Source: an uncultured delta proteobacterium (GTDB lineage: Bacteria > Myxococcota_A > UBA9160 > UBA4427). From it: a DNA stretch of 64,000 nucleotides. The stretch is from contig CAWGJT010000010.1 in NCBI GenBank assembly GCA_963822965.1, positions 768,001 to 832,000 of the forward strand, in the 5' to 3' direction. This document shows, piece after piece, positions 1 through 10,406 of the stretch (position 1 is the stretch's first letter; every line of letters begins with the position of its first letter). The notes below the pieces were generated by a model, which saw only the letters and a program-made list of their open reading frames with translations, was not told the DNA's origin and ran no database searches. A program made the translations under genes and the position numbers.

Positions 1-214
1 CATGGCCTTGGCGAAGGTGGCTCCGGCCACGTAGCCGGGGTAGCCGTTGCGCATGGTGTCCCCGCCCGCGACGAACTCGACCTGCTTCCAGTCGAGCCCG
101 AGCGTCGGCGAGCGCCGCCTTCATGGCGTGAACGCCGTACTCGACGAAGTTCCGGCCCCACTTGCCCCAGGGATGCATTCCCACCCCGAGAATCGCGACC
201 TCGTTCCTGGACAT
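1..214 (-). CDS. Thiolase-family (SCP2/lipid-transfer-type) protein, 5' part; runs off window start; one apparent frameshift near 102
   Basis: Manual translation from ATG at 214: MSRNEVAILGVGMHPWGKWGRNFVEYGVHAMKAALADA then, in a shifted frame, GLDWKQVEFVAGGDTMRNGYPGYVAGATFAKAM; typical thiolase-like N-terminus next to an OB-fold gene. Confidence 0.75.
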   Translation of the reverse strand, partial: MSRNEVAILGVGMHPWGKWGRNFVEYGVHAMKAALADARARLEAGRVRRGRGHHAQRLPRLRGRSHLRQGH

Positions 215-290
215 TGCGTACTCCTTCGACCTCGACTTGCGGTCCTGCTGCTTTCCGGTGCGGCGCTCTGCCGGCACCGCCGCGGGTGGC

Positions 291-722
291 TCAGGCGGCG
301 ACGGGCTGCCACTTCCACACGACGTACTCGTTCTCGTCGTCCTCGTAGAGGGTGCCGAGGACGAGCTCCATCTCCATGCCGACCTCGAGGCTCTTCGGAT
401 CGACTCCGTCGGCGAGCTGGCCCATCACCACCATGCGCTCCTCGCCGAGCTCGACGGCCGCCACCGTGTAGGGCTCGAAGGGCTCCGGCGACACGTAGGG
501 CTCCGGCGGCTTGTAGTGGTTCGTGGTGTACGACCAGAGCTTGCCGGTACGCGACAGGGCCACGTCCTCGAGCTCCGACCCGTCGTAGCCGGGCGCGCAG
601 CTGACGGCGACGTCCTTGGGGAAGAAGTAGGTGCCGCTCGCGGGATCGCGCCGGCCCAGCAGGCGCGGGGCGTCTTCCAGGGTGAACCAGCCCTCGATGG
701 CCGGTACGCGCTTCTTGCTCAT
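291..722 (-). CDS. Zn-ribbon/OB-fold (DUF35-type) thiolase partner protein
   Basis: GKLWSYT...PFEPYTVAAVEL...VGMEMELV pattern; directly upstream of the thiolase. Confidence 0.8.
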   Translation of the reverse strand: MSKKRVPAIEGWFTLEDAPRLLGRRDPASGTYFFPKDVAVSCAPGYDGSELEDVALSRTGKLWSYTTNHYKPPEPYVSPEPFEPYTVAAVELGEERMVVMGQLADGVDPKSLEVGMEMELVLGTLYEDDENEYVVWKWQPVAA

Positions 723-770
723 GTCGGTGCTCCGTAGTCGTTCGATGGCCCGGGAGGAGGCGAAAGTACC

Positions 771-1829
771 TCAGACCGGGGGTGGGCTGTAGCCGAAGCT
801 CTCGGCCGGCAGGGTGCGATCCACGACGCCCGCGCACAGGCGGGCCCGGTGGAAGACCGAGTCGCCGAAGGCGAGATCGAGAGACCACCCCCGCTTCATC
901 CAGACGTGGACGTCCTGCTCGTAGGTGTACCCGATGGCGCCGTGGACCTGCAGCGACGCGCGACCCGCGGCGAGCGCGGCTTCGCAGGCCGCGAGCTTCG
1001 CCATGGAGACGTCGACGGAGCGGGCGGGCACGTCGCGGGCCACCGAGTGCGCGGCCCGGTAGACGTGCGAGCGCGCGTACTCGAGCTTCACGCGGACGTC
1101 CGCCAGCATGTGCTTGACGGCCTGGAATGACCCGATGGGAACGCCGAACTGCACCCGTTGCCCGGCGTAGTCCGCGGCGAGGGCGATGAGCCGGTCCGCC
1201 ACCCCGAGCGCCTGGGCGGCGCAGCAGAACGCGCCCCGATCGAGGGCTGCGTCCGCGAGCCGCCGGGCCGCCTCGCCCTTCGCGATCGGCGTGGCGTCGC
1301 CCGGGGAGAAGTCCACGCGGAAGAGGCGCTGGGAGCCGTCGTTGGAAGCCTGCGCGTCGGCGCGCACCGACGGCGGCTCGACCGCGTACAGCCTGTCTTC
1401 CCGGGGCAGCAGCAGCAGGTCCGCCACGTGGGCGTCGGCGACGAAGGGGCTCGCCGGGTGTCCCACCGCCAGGATCGCCTCGCCCGCCGCCACCCGCGGC
1501 AGCCACGTCGCCGCGATTTCGGGCTCGGGCAGCGCGCGCAGCAGGCCCGTGCCCACGACCGTGCCGATCACGGGCTCCGCGAGCGCCACCCGCCCCATCT
1601 CTTCGAGCAGCAGCACGAGGTCGGTCTCGTCGAGCCCCAGACCGCCGTGCGCCTCGGGGACGAGCAGGCCGGGAACGCCGATCTCGGCGAGCTGGGTCCA
1701 GAAGGGCCGCGAGCGGCCGGTGTCGGTCTCCCACTGCGCCCGCACCCATTCCGGGGTGCACTCGCCCGAGAGGAAGTCCCGCACGGTGCTCTGCAGCAGC
1801 AGCTGGTCTTCGCTGAAGCCGAACTCCAT
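771..1829 (-). CDS. Acyl-CoA dehydrogenase, short subunit of a heteromeric steroid-type ACAD pair (FadE32-like)
   Basis: MEFGFSEDQ start, RVQFGVPIGSFQAVKH, LQVHGAIGYT motifs; adjacent to a second ACAD. Confidence 0.85.
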   Translation of the reverse strand: MEFGFSEDQLLLQSTVRDFLSGECTPEWVRAQWETDTGRSRPFWTQLAEIGVPGLLVPEAHGGLGLDETDLVLLLEEMGRVALAEPVIGTVVGTGLLRALPEPEIAATWLPRVAAGEAILAVGHPASPFVADAHVADLLLLPREDRLYAVEPPSVRADAQASNDGSQRLFRVDFSPGDATPIAKGEAARRLADAALDRGAFCCAAQALGVADRLIALAADYAGQRVQFGVPIGSFQAVKHMLADVRVKLEYARSHVYRAAHSVARDVPARSVDVSMAKLAACEAALAAGRASLQVHGAIGYTYEQDVHVWMKRGWSLDLAFGDSVFHRARLCAGVVDRTLPAESFGYSPPPV

Positions 1830-1874
1830 CTCGTCTCCGTCTCCGTTCCGCCCGCCGCGCGACCGGCGGTGCGC

Positions 1875-3044
1875 CTACTTTCGCGGCAGGCCGAGCAGCC
1901 GCTCCGCGATGATGTTGCGCTGGATCTGGTTCGTGCCGGCGTAGATCGGGCCCGAAAGAGCGAATACGTAGCCGTCGAGCCAGCCGTCCACGTCGCCCGC
2001 CGCGGGCGCGGCCGGATCCAGCTCGGCCCGGGGGCCCAGCAGCTCGAGCGCCGCCTCGTGCATCTCGATGTCGAGCTCGGACCAGAAGATCTTGTTGAGG
2101 CTCGCCTCGGCGCCGATCTTGCCGCCGGCCAGCAGTCGCGAGACCGTCTGGTAGGTGTTGAGCGCGTAGGCCTCAGCGTCCATCCAGCAGCGCGCCACGC
2201 GCTCGCGCATCCCCGGCGCCACGGGATCGCCCCGCTCCAGGGTCCTCCGGTACAGCTCCAGCAGCCGCCAGGCGGTGGACTGGAAGCGCGCCGGGCTGCG
2301 CAGCATGAGACCCCGCTCGAAGCCCGCGGTCGCCATCGCGACGTTCCAGCCGGCCCCCTCCTCGCCCAGCAGGTTCTCCGCGGGAACCCGCACGTCGTCG
2401 AAGAAGACCTCGGCGAAGGCGGCCTTGCCGTTGATCTTCTGGATCGGGCGCACCGTGATCCCCGGCAGGTCGAGGGGGGACAGGATGAACGAGAGACCGT
2501 GGTGGCGCGTGGATTCCGGATCGGTGCGGAAGAGGCCGAAGAGCCAGTGCGCGTACGCGCCGCGGGACGCCCACGTCTTCTGGCCGTTGATCACGAAGTC
2601 GTCGCCGTCGCGGATGGCCGTGGCCTGGATGTTGGCCATGTCGCTGCCGGCGTTGGGCTCCGACCAGCCCTGGGCCCAGACCTCTTCGCTCGACGCCATC
2701 TTCGGCAGGAAGCGCGCCTTCTGCTCGGGCGTGCCCACCTCCATGATCGTGGGGCCGAGGAGGAAGATGCCGTTCTGGTTGACCCGCCCCGGCGCGCCGG
2801 CCCGGTAGTACTCCTCCTCGAAGACGAGCCACTCGAGCAGGTCCGAGCCGCGCCCGCCGTACTCCACCGGCCAGGGAACCATCGCGAAGCCCCCCGCGTG
2901 CAGCTTCTTCTCCCACGCCCGGTGCGCCTCGAAGCCCTCGCGCAGGTCGAAGGAGGGCAGGGGCTCGGCGGGCACGTTGGCCTCGAGCCAGGCGCGCGCC
3001 TCCTTGCGGAAGGCCTGCTGCTCGGCGGTGTAGGTGAGGTCCAT
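1875..3044 (-). CDS. Acyl-CoA dehydrogenase, long subunit (FadE31-like)
   Basis: C-terminal part of ORF 1875..4610 from ATG 3044 (MDLTYTAEQQ); WAQGWSEPNAGSD, NGQKTW, IYAGTNQIQRNIIAERLLGLP. Confidence 0.88.
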   Translation of the reverse strand: MDLTYTAEQQAFRKEARAWLEANVPAEPLPSFDLREGFEAHRAWEKKLHAGGFAMVPWPVEYGGRGSDLLEWLVFEEEYYRAGAPGRVNQNGIFLLGPTIMEVGTPEQKARFLPKMASSEEVWAQGWSEPNAGSDMANIQATAIRDGDDFVINGQKTWASRGAYAHWLFGLFRTDPESTRHHGLSFILSPLDLPGITVRPIQKINGKAAFAEVFFDDVRVPAENLLGEEGAGWNVAMATAGFERGLMLRSPARFQSTAWRLLELYRRTLERGDPVAPGMRERVARCWMDAEAYALNTYQTVSRLLAGGKIGAEASLNKIFWSELDIEMHEAALELLGPRAELDPAAPAAGDVDGWLDGYVFALSGPIYAGTNQIQRNIIAERLLGLPRK

Positions 3045-3046
3045 CT

Positions 3047-3871
3047 TCAGCCCGCCTTCCCGCCGCCGGGCTCGTCCCCCGAGCCGCCACGCGCGGCTCC
3101 GGATGCGCCTGCGGATGCGCCTCCGGAGAAGTCGGCGTCCCGCTTCTCCACGAAGGCGTCGCGCGCCTCCTGGGACTCCGGCGACGTGTAGAGCTCGAGG
3201 GTGAAGCCCTGCTCGAAGCGGTAGCTCTTCTTGACGTCCAGCAGCTCGATGCCGTTGAGCGACCACTTGGCGAGCCGCAGGGCGCGCGGGCTCTTCGAGG
3301 CGATGGTGCGGGCGAGGGCCAGCGCCTCGTCCCGCAGCTTCTCCCGCGGTACCACCGATTCGACGGCGCCCAGGCGCAGGGCCTCCTGGGCGTCGATCGC
3401 TTCGCCGGTGTACAGCATTCGGCGGGTCTTCTGCATTCCCACCAGCCGCATCAGGTGGGTGGCGGCGCCCAGGGCGCCCCGATCGATCTCGGGCAACGCG
3501 AAGGTGGCGTCCTCCGAGCACAGCACGATGTCCGAAGAGCCGGAGATGCCGATGCCGCCGCCGATGCAGTAGCCGTGCACCGCGGAGATGACCGGGACCG
3601 GGCAGTCGTAGATGGCCGCGAAGGTGTCGTAGCAGCCGCGGTTCACGTCGACGATCTTCGTGCCGTCGGCCGCCAGCTCCTTGACGTCGACCCCGGCCTG
3701 GAAGCCGCGGCCTTCGGCTCGCAGCACGAGGCAGTTGACGTCGTCCCGGGCCCCCAGCGCCTTCACGCGCGCCGCGTACTCGTGCCAGCCCTGGCTGCCC
3801 AGGGCGTTCACCGGCGGGTTGTCGAGCACCAGCTCGGCGACGCCGTCCTTCACTTCCTGGTGGAATGCCAT
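3047..3871 (-). CDS. echA20: Enoyl-CoA hydratase, EchA20-like (HIP catabolism)
   Basis: PPVNAL, GRGFQAGVDVKE, ALGAATHL, SYRFEQGFTLEL; position next to ipdABC. Confidence 0.8.
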   Translation of the reverse strand: MAFHQEVKDGVAELVLDNPPVNALGSQGWHEYAARVKALGARDDVNCLVLRAEGRGFQAGVDVKELAADGTKIVDVNRGCYDTFAAIYDCPVPVISAVHGYCIGGGIGISGSSDIVLCSEDATFALPEIDRGALGAATHLMRLVGMQKTRRMLYTGEAIDAQEALRLGAVESVVPREKLRDEALALARTIASKSPRALRLAKWSLNGIELLDVKKSYRFEQGFTLELYTSPESQEARDAFVEKRDADFSGGASAGASGAARGGSGDEPGGGKAG

Positions 3872-3901
3872 TCTCTCCTCCCGCCGCGCGGGCCGGCCGC
3901 G

Positions 3902-4954
3902 CTAGGCGGTCAGGGCCTTCAGGGTGCGCTCGGCGTCTTCCATGATGCGCTCGATCAGCTCCGCGCAGCTCGGACGGTCGTCGATCACGCCGGCCACCGT
4001 GCCGCTGGGCAGATAGCCGTGCACCGGGTCCCCGTCGGTCATCGCCTTCCGGGCCAGCATGGGCGCGTTGGCGGCCATCAGCACCTGGGACCGCGTGAGT
4101 CGCTCGTTCTTCCGCAGGGCGACGGCCGAACGCAGCAGCTCGGCCAGCGAGGCGCCGCTCGACCGGCGGTAGGCGAGGGCGCTCCGGAACGCGTTCCAGA
4201 GCTTTCCGAGCCCCGAGCCGCTCTCGAGCCTGCGGACCAGCTCGTTCACGATCACGCGCTGGGGCATGCCGTCGATCTCGCGGGTGACGATCACGTCGCC
4301 GAGGCCCGCTGTGAGATAGCGTTCCGCGGTGGTGGCCGGCACCGGGCTCTCGCGCGTCATCAGGAAGCGGGTCCCCATGGCGATCCCGCGCGCGCCGAAG
4401 GCCAGGGCGGCCACGAGGCCGCGGCCGTCCCGGAAGCCGCCGGCCGCCACCACCGGCACGTCCACGGCGTCCGCGCACTCGGAGACGAGCAGCGAGGTGG
4501 GGATCGAGCCCGTGTGGCCGCCTCCTTCGCCGCCCTGCACGATGATGACGTCCGCTCCCAGCTGCTGGGCCTTGACGGCGTGCTTGGGGGCACCGCAGGT
4601 GGGCACGCACACGACGCCCGCCTCCTTGAGCTTCGCGATCAGGCCGGCGTCCGGGGCGCGGTTGTATCCGGCGGCGCGCACGCCCGTGCGGACGATGGCG
4701 TCGCTGATGACGTCGGCGCCCGGTGCATCCATCAGGAAGTTCACGCCGAAGGGCTGCGGGGTGAGGGCCTTCACCTTCTCGATCTCCGCCTCCACCGCCT
4801 CGGGCCGCAGGGTGGCCGCCGCCAGGAAGCCGATGGCGCCGGCGTTGCTCACGGCCGCGACCAGCTCGGGCGTCGCCACCCAGCCCATCCCGGTCTGGAT
4901 GATCGGGTAGCGGATGCCCAGCAGGTCGCAGATCTCGGTACGCAGGGCCGACAC
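3902..4954 (-). CDS. ipdC: Nitronate-monooxygenase-family flavoprotein, IpdC-like
   Basis: YPIIQTGMGWV, QGGEGGGHTG, GIAMGTRF; GTG 4954 preceded by AGGAG; synteny with ipdAB and echA20. Confidence 0.78.
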   Translation of the reverse strand: MSALRTEICDLLGIRYPIIQTGMGWVATPELVAAVSNAGAIGFLAAATLRPEAVEAEIEKVKALTPQPFGVNFLMDAPGADVISDAIVRTGVRAAGYNRAPDAGLIAKLKEAGVVCVPTCGAPKHAVKAQQLGADVIIVQGGEGGGHTGSIPTSLLVSECADAVDVPVVAAGGFRDGRGLVAALAFGARGIAMGTRFLMTRESPVPATTAERYLTAGLGDVIVTREIDGMPQRVIVNELVRRLESGSGLGKLWNAFRSALAYRRSSGASLAELLRSAVALRKNERLTRSQVLMAANAPMLARKAMTDGDPVHGYLPSGTVAGVIDDRPSCAELIERIMEDAERTLKALTA

Positions 4955-5084
4955 GGGACTCCTGAGGCTGGCCGGGGAATCCTCCGGATTCCCATTGCGG
5001 CGGAGCGTGACCCGAGCCCCGGGTCGCACTCCTGGCTGACGGATTCGTTTGCGGCGCAGGTCGACCCCTCCCGGGGGCGGCCCG

Positions 5085-5866
5085 CTAGCGCACTTCCTTG
5101 TTTGCGAATCCTTCCGGGTCGAGCACCTCCCGGATGATCCGCAGCTCCTCGTCCGAGGGAGCCCGGCTCTCCGGCACGTCGTCCGGGACGACGAGGGAGA
5201 AGCCCGTGCTCTCCACCACCTGGTCCACCGAGACGCCGGGATGCACCGACCGCAGGCGCATGGTGTGCTCCGGGGTCTCGAAGTCGAAGACGCCCAGGTT
5301 CGAGACGACCCGGTGGATGCAGTGGAAGCGGGACGACGCGGGGCCCAGCGCCGCGGCCCGGTCGTACCCGACCCCCGACACCACGTCCACCTTCTCGACG
5401 AACACGCGCGAGTCGTGGTTCGGCACCCAGTAGCTCGTGCGATGGCTGATGGTGTTGCCCGGTGCGCCGCGCATGCCCAGCAGCTGGGCCTTGGGCTTCT
5501 CGTGGGGGCCGATGCACGCGAAGTTCTGGTTGCCGTAGCGGTCGATCTGGCTCGCCACCATCATCACGTGCCGGCGGCCCGACCACAGCAGGTCGAAGAT
5601 GGTCCGGAAGGGGAGCCACGCCTCCACCACGTTCTCGGCGGGCGCCGGCCCCGAGACGGGCGGCACGTTCCGGATCGCCGAGGCGATGCCGTCCGTCATC
5701 AGCAGGTCGGGCTCGAAGGTGAGCTTGGCGAGACGCGCGCCCACTGCCGGCACGGTGCCGAACGAGCTCGCCAGGATCTCGCCGTCGCCGCGGAAGGCCT
5801 CGGCCACCGCCACGGCGCACACCTCCGCGCGGCTGAAGTCGCTCGCCGCTGCGCGGCTGAAGTCGC

Positions 5867-5870
<4 letters not shown>
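5085..5870 (-). CDS. ipdB: CoA-transferase-fold beta subunit, IpdB-like ring-opening hydrolase
   Basis: AEAFRGDGEILAS, QIDRYGNQN, GMRGAPGNT, SVHPGV; GTG 5870 overlaps the ipdA stop. Confidence 0.85.
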
Positions 5871-6727
<857 letters not shown>

Positions 6728-6845
6728 CGATCGTCCTCGCGCCGTCCCGACCCGGGCCACGCTTCGAAGCAGGCCGCCAGGGCGCGCGCGCGGCAGCGGA
6801 AGTCGACGGGTCCGGGCTCGGCGGTCCGTCCCGCCGGGGTCGCAT

Positions 6846-6874
6846 ATCGTAACGGTACGTATCGTTTCTGTAAA
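6846..6874 (-). promoter_or_regulatory. Sigma70-type promoter for the ipd operon with a palindromic operator in the spacer
   Basis: Minus strand TTTACA-17 nt-TACGAT; near-palindrome AACGGTACGTATCGTT at 6851-6866 (14/16 symmetric) in an AT-rich island. Confidence 0.7.
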
Positions 6875-6936
6875 CGCGCCGGCCGGCCCGCCCGCGGACG
6901 GGGGCCTCTCGCGCGGCCGCACGATATACCCCTGCC

Positions 6937-8367
6937 ATGGGCGGTCAGCGGTGGTGGGAAGCGGGAATCGGGCCCTTGCGTGCGCGCCGCCTCGGCCTGG
7001 CGCTGCTGGTGGTGGCCGGGATCGTACACGGGGGCCTGTTCGTCGCCGGGCTCTTCGATTCGGGGGCGAGCCTGCGCTTCGATCGGACGGGCCAGCGCAT
7101 GGGCTCGGTCCGGCGGCTGCTCGACCCCGAAGGCGCGACCCGCTGGCAGGTGCTCCGGACGCGGGGCGTCCCCGGCGACTACGGTTGGCACGCCCTGGCC
7201 CTCGCGGCGACCGGCGGCGCGGTGCCGGGGGTCGTGCTGCTGCAGCTCGTGCTGGCCGGCCTCGCCGTCTACGGCGTCTACCGCATCGGGGTCGGCCTCG
7301 ACGGTCGGCCCGAGGTCGCGCTCCTCGCGGCTGGGCTCTACGCGGTCATCCCCATCGATCTCGCGATTCCCCACTTCGTGGCATCGGAGTCCTTCTGCAA
7401 TCCGCTCCTCGTGTTCGGGTTCGCGGCGTTGGTCCGCTACGCGACCGGCCGCCCGACCCTGGCCGCGATGGCGGGCGCCGGGACGGCGTTCGGTCTGGCG
7501 GCGCTGACGCGCACCGAGAGCCTTCCGTGGCTGTTCGTGATGACCGGCTTCGCCACGGCGATCGCCCTGCGTCGGGTGCCGGCTCGCGCGGGCCTGCACG
7601 TGGGGGTGCTGGTGCTCCTCACCTTCGGCGGGGTGGCGGTGTGGCTGGCCGCCGCCCCCTCGTATCCCGTGGATCTGGATCATGCCTCCGTGAGTCTCTC
7701 GTGGGAGCTCGCCAACCGGGCGAGCCGCGTGATCGTCGCGGCCGGCGGGGAGACCCGGGACGTCGCGTCGGCGCCGCTGCTCTCCTTCGTGAAGGCGGCG
7801 GTCCACCACCCGCTGGCGTTCCTGCGGGAGTTCGGGCTGCAGGCCGGCAAGCTGCTGGCGCTTCCCGACAACCTCGACACGTTCCGCTTCCTGGGCCTCT
7901 ACGAGTACACCGGCAAGCGGTCGGACTGGGTGCACGAGCTGGGCCTGCTGGGCGCGGCGCGGCGGGTCTTCCGCGAGATGCCCTGGCTCGCCAGCTGGCT
8001 CGTCGCGAGCATCGGGCTGTGGCTCGGCGTCCTGGCCTGCTCGCTGCGGGGCGCCGTGCGGGCGCTGCGAGGCAGCGCCGGCGTCCCCCGGCTCGTGTGG
8101 TGGCTGCTGCTCTCGCTGCCCGTGGTGTGGACCTTCCTGCGCGTGCTCACCCAGGGCGAATCGCGCAAGCGCTCCCCGGTGGACTTCGCCATCGCGCTGC
8201 TCGCGGCGCTCGGGGCGATGGGCGTCGGACCCATGGCGGCGGAGGCGCGAGCCCCTACCATCCCGCGCTCCGCGGAGCCCCACAGCGGACCCGTTCCCCG
8301 GCCGAATGGCCGCCCGTCCGGTCGTCCGGTCGCGAGCCCGGCCGTCCCCGAGACCCCGTGCCCGTAG
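6937..8367 (+). CDS. Polytopic membrane protein, probable GT-C (ArnT/PMT-like) glycosyltransferase
   Basis: Many hydrophobic helices; ALLAAGLYAVIP...VASESF and GLAALTRTE patterns. Confidence 0.55.
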   Translation: MGGQRWWEAGIGPLRARRLGLALLVVAGIVHGGLFVAGLFDSGASLRFDRTGQRMGSVRRLLDPEGATRWQVLRTRGVPGDYGWHALALAATGGAVPGVVLLQLVLAGLAVYGVYRIGVGLDGRPEVALLAAGLYAVIPIDLAIPHFVASESFCNPLLVFGFAALVRYATGRPTLAAMAGAGTAFGLAALTRTESLPWLFVMTGFATAIALRRVPARAGLHVGVLVLLTFGGVAVWLAAAPSYPVDLDHASVSLSWELANRASRVIVAAGGETRDVASAPLLSFVKAAVHHPLAFLREFGLQAGKLLALPDNLDTFRFLGLYEYTGKRSDWVHELGLLGAARRVFREMPWLASWLVASIGLWLGVLACSLRGAVRALRGSAGVPRLVWWLLLSLPVVWTFLRVLTQGESRKRSPVDFAIALLAALGAMGVGPMAAEARAPTIPRSAEPHSGPVPRPNGRPSGRPVASPAVPETPCP

Positions 8368-9614
8368 CGCGTCATCCCACCCTGCGCGTCCTGTCGAACC
8401 GGGACGCGCGGAACTTCGTGAGCGCCCGGCTCTTCTCGAGCTTCGGCCGCTCGCTTCTGCACGCCACCCTGCACTGGCACCTGTGGAAGGCCACGGACTC
8501 GGTCTTCAACCTGGGCCTGCTCGGCCTCATCGAGTTCCTGCCCGTGATCCCGGTGTCGCTGGTCGCGGGGGCGATTGCGGACAGCCGCGACCGCCGCCGC
8601 ATCGTGATCCTCGCGCAGGCCGCCAGCCTGGCCACCGCGGGGGTGCTCTGCTTCGGCAGCCTGCAGCCCGTCGGGCAGCTGGCGCTGGTGCTGGCGGCGG
8701 CCCTGGCCCTGGCGGTCGCCGCGTGCTTCGAGAATCCGGCCGGGGCCGCGCTGCTGCCCGGGCTCGTGTCCCGCGATCTGTTCCCGGCGGCGACCGTGCT
8801 GAGCGCCAACGTGCGGAACGTCGCGACGGTCTCGGGCCCCGTGGCCATGGGCTTCGTGGTGGCCTGGGGCGGAATCGCCGCCGCCTACGCGGTGACCGTC
8901 GTGCTCCTGGCCACATCCGTCGGCGTGCTCTTCCTCGTCCGTTCGCCGGCCGTCGAGGGGGGCGCCCAGCCCGTCACCTGGCGGGCCATTCGCGAGGGCC
9001 TGTCCTTCGTCGTCCGCCACAAGGTGATCCTGGGATCGCTCAGCCTGGACATGTTCTCGGTGTTCTTCGCCAGCGTGGACGTGCTCCTGCCGGTCTTCGC
9101 GACGGAGATCCTCGGCGTGGGCGAGAAGGGCTACGGCATCCTGAGCGCCTCGACCCAGGTGGGGACGGTGGTGATGTCCGTCGTGTTGCTGGGCGTGCAG
9201 ATGGTCCGACCGGGTCGCGCGCTGGTCGTGTCGATCTTCTTCTTCGGGGCCGCCACCATCGCCTTCGGTCTGACGGGATCGTTCTGGGTGGCGGTGCTCG
9301 CCCTCGTCGCCACGGGCATGGCGGACCAGGTGAGCATGGTGGCTCGCTCGATCATCCTGCAGCTGTCCACCCCCGACGCGCTCCGCGGCCGGGTGAACGC
9401 AGTGAACATGATCTTCATCGGCGCTTCGAACGAGCTGGGGGCCGCCGAGTCGGGCTTCCTCGCGTCCCTCACGAGCGCCACCTTCTCCGTCGTGTTCGGC
9501 GGGCTCGCCTGCCTGGGGGTGCTGGGTGCCGTCACCGCGGGCGTGCCCACCCTGTGGCCCTACCGGCCGGTGGACGCGGAGCTGGAGGCACGCGCGCGCG
9601 AGCCCTCGTCCTGA
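8358..9614 (+). CDS. MFS transporter (EntS/MFS_3-like)
   Basis: C-terminal part of ORF 6579..9614; AGAIADSRDRRRI motif A, TPDALRGRVNA, about 12 TM segments. Confidence 0.85.
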   Translation: MPVARHPTLRVLSNRDARNFVSARLFSSFGRSLLHATLHWHLWKATDSVFNLGLLGLIEFLPVIPVSLVAGAIADSRDRRRIVILAQAASLATAGVLCFGSLQPVGQLALVLAAALALAVAACFENPAGAALLPGLVSRDLFPAATVLSANVRNVATVSGPVAMGFVVAWGGIAAAYAVTVVLLATSVGVLFLVRSPAVEGGAQPVTWRAIREGLSFVVRHKVILGSLSLDMFSVFFASVDVLLPVFATEILGVGEKGYGILSASTQVGTVVMSVVLLGVQMVRPGRALVVSIFFFGAATIAFGLTGSFWVAVLALVATGMADQVSMVARSIILQLSTPDALRGRVNAVNMIFIGASNELGAAESGFLASLTSATFSVVFGGLACLGVLGAVTAGVPTLWPYRPVDAELEARAREPSS

Positions 9615-9699
9615 GTCGGACGGGGCGGCTCGTGCTGCCCGGGAATCCGATGGACTCCTGGCCGGGGGCTGCGGTCCGATTCTGCATCGAGGAGGAACG

Positions 9700-10353
9700 A
9701 TGAAGTACCGGCTCTTCTACTACCCGGGAAACGCGAGCCTCGCGCCCCACGTGCTGCTCGCGGAGGCCGACGCCGACTACGAGCTCGTGCTGGTGGACCG
9801 CGCGCGCGACGCGCAGAAGGACCCGGAGTACCTGCGCCTCAACCCGAACGGTCGCATCCCGACGCTCGCTGCCGGCGATCTCGTGCTGTTCGAGGCGGCG
9901 GCGATCTGCCTGTACCTGGCGGACGCGCACCCGGAGGCGGCGCTGGCGCCGCCGGTGGGCTCGCCGGAACGCGCCCACTTCTACAAGTGGCTCGTGTTCC
10001 TGACCAACACCGTCCAGACCCACTACATGGCCTACCGCTATCCGGAGAAGCACACGAGCGACCCGGACGGCCTGGAGGGCGTGCGAGAGATGGAGGGGCG
10101 AAACGCGATGGAGGCATTCGGCGTGCTCGAGCGCACCCTCGGCCCGGGTCCCTTCGTGCTGGGAGAGCGCTACTCGGCCTGCGACGCCTACCTGCTGATG
10201 CTCGCGATGTGGGCGCGTCGGCTGCCGGTTCCGCCTGCCTCGCTACCGCGCCTGCGCGCGTGTCTCGACGCCACCGCGGTGCGTCCCGCCGTGCGGCGCG
10301 CATTCGAGCGCGAGGGGCTCGATCCGCTGACGTACGCCGGAGCTGCGGAGTAG
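9700..10353 (+). CDS. Glutathione S-transferase
   Basis: ATG 9700 after GGAGG; LNPNGRIPTL, FEAAAICLYLAD, YSACDAYL. Confidence 0.9.
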   Translation: MKYRLFYYPGNASLAPHVLLAEADADYELVLVDRARDAQKDPEYLRLNPNGRIPTLAAGDLVLFEAAAICLYLADAHPEAALAPPVGSPERAHFYKWLVFLTNTVQTHYMAYRYPEKHTSDPDGLEGVREMEGRNAMEAFGVLERTLGPGPFVLGERYSACDAYLLMLAMWARRLPVPPASLPRLRACLDATAVRPAVRRAFEREGLDPLTYAGAAE

Positions 10354-10406
10354 CCGGCGCATCCGCCGGGGCTTCTGCGAGGGCCCCGGGGCCCGGGGGC
10401 CGCCGC

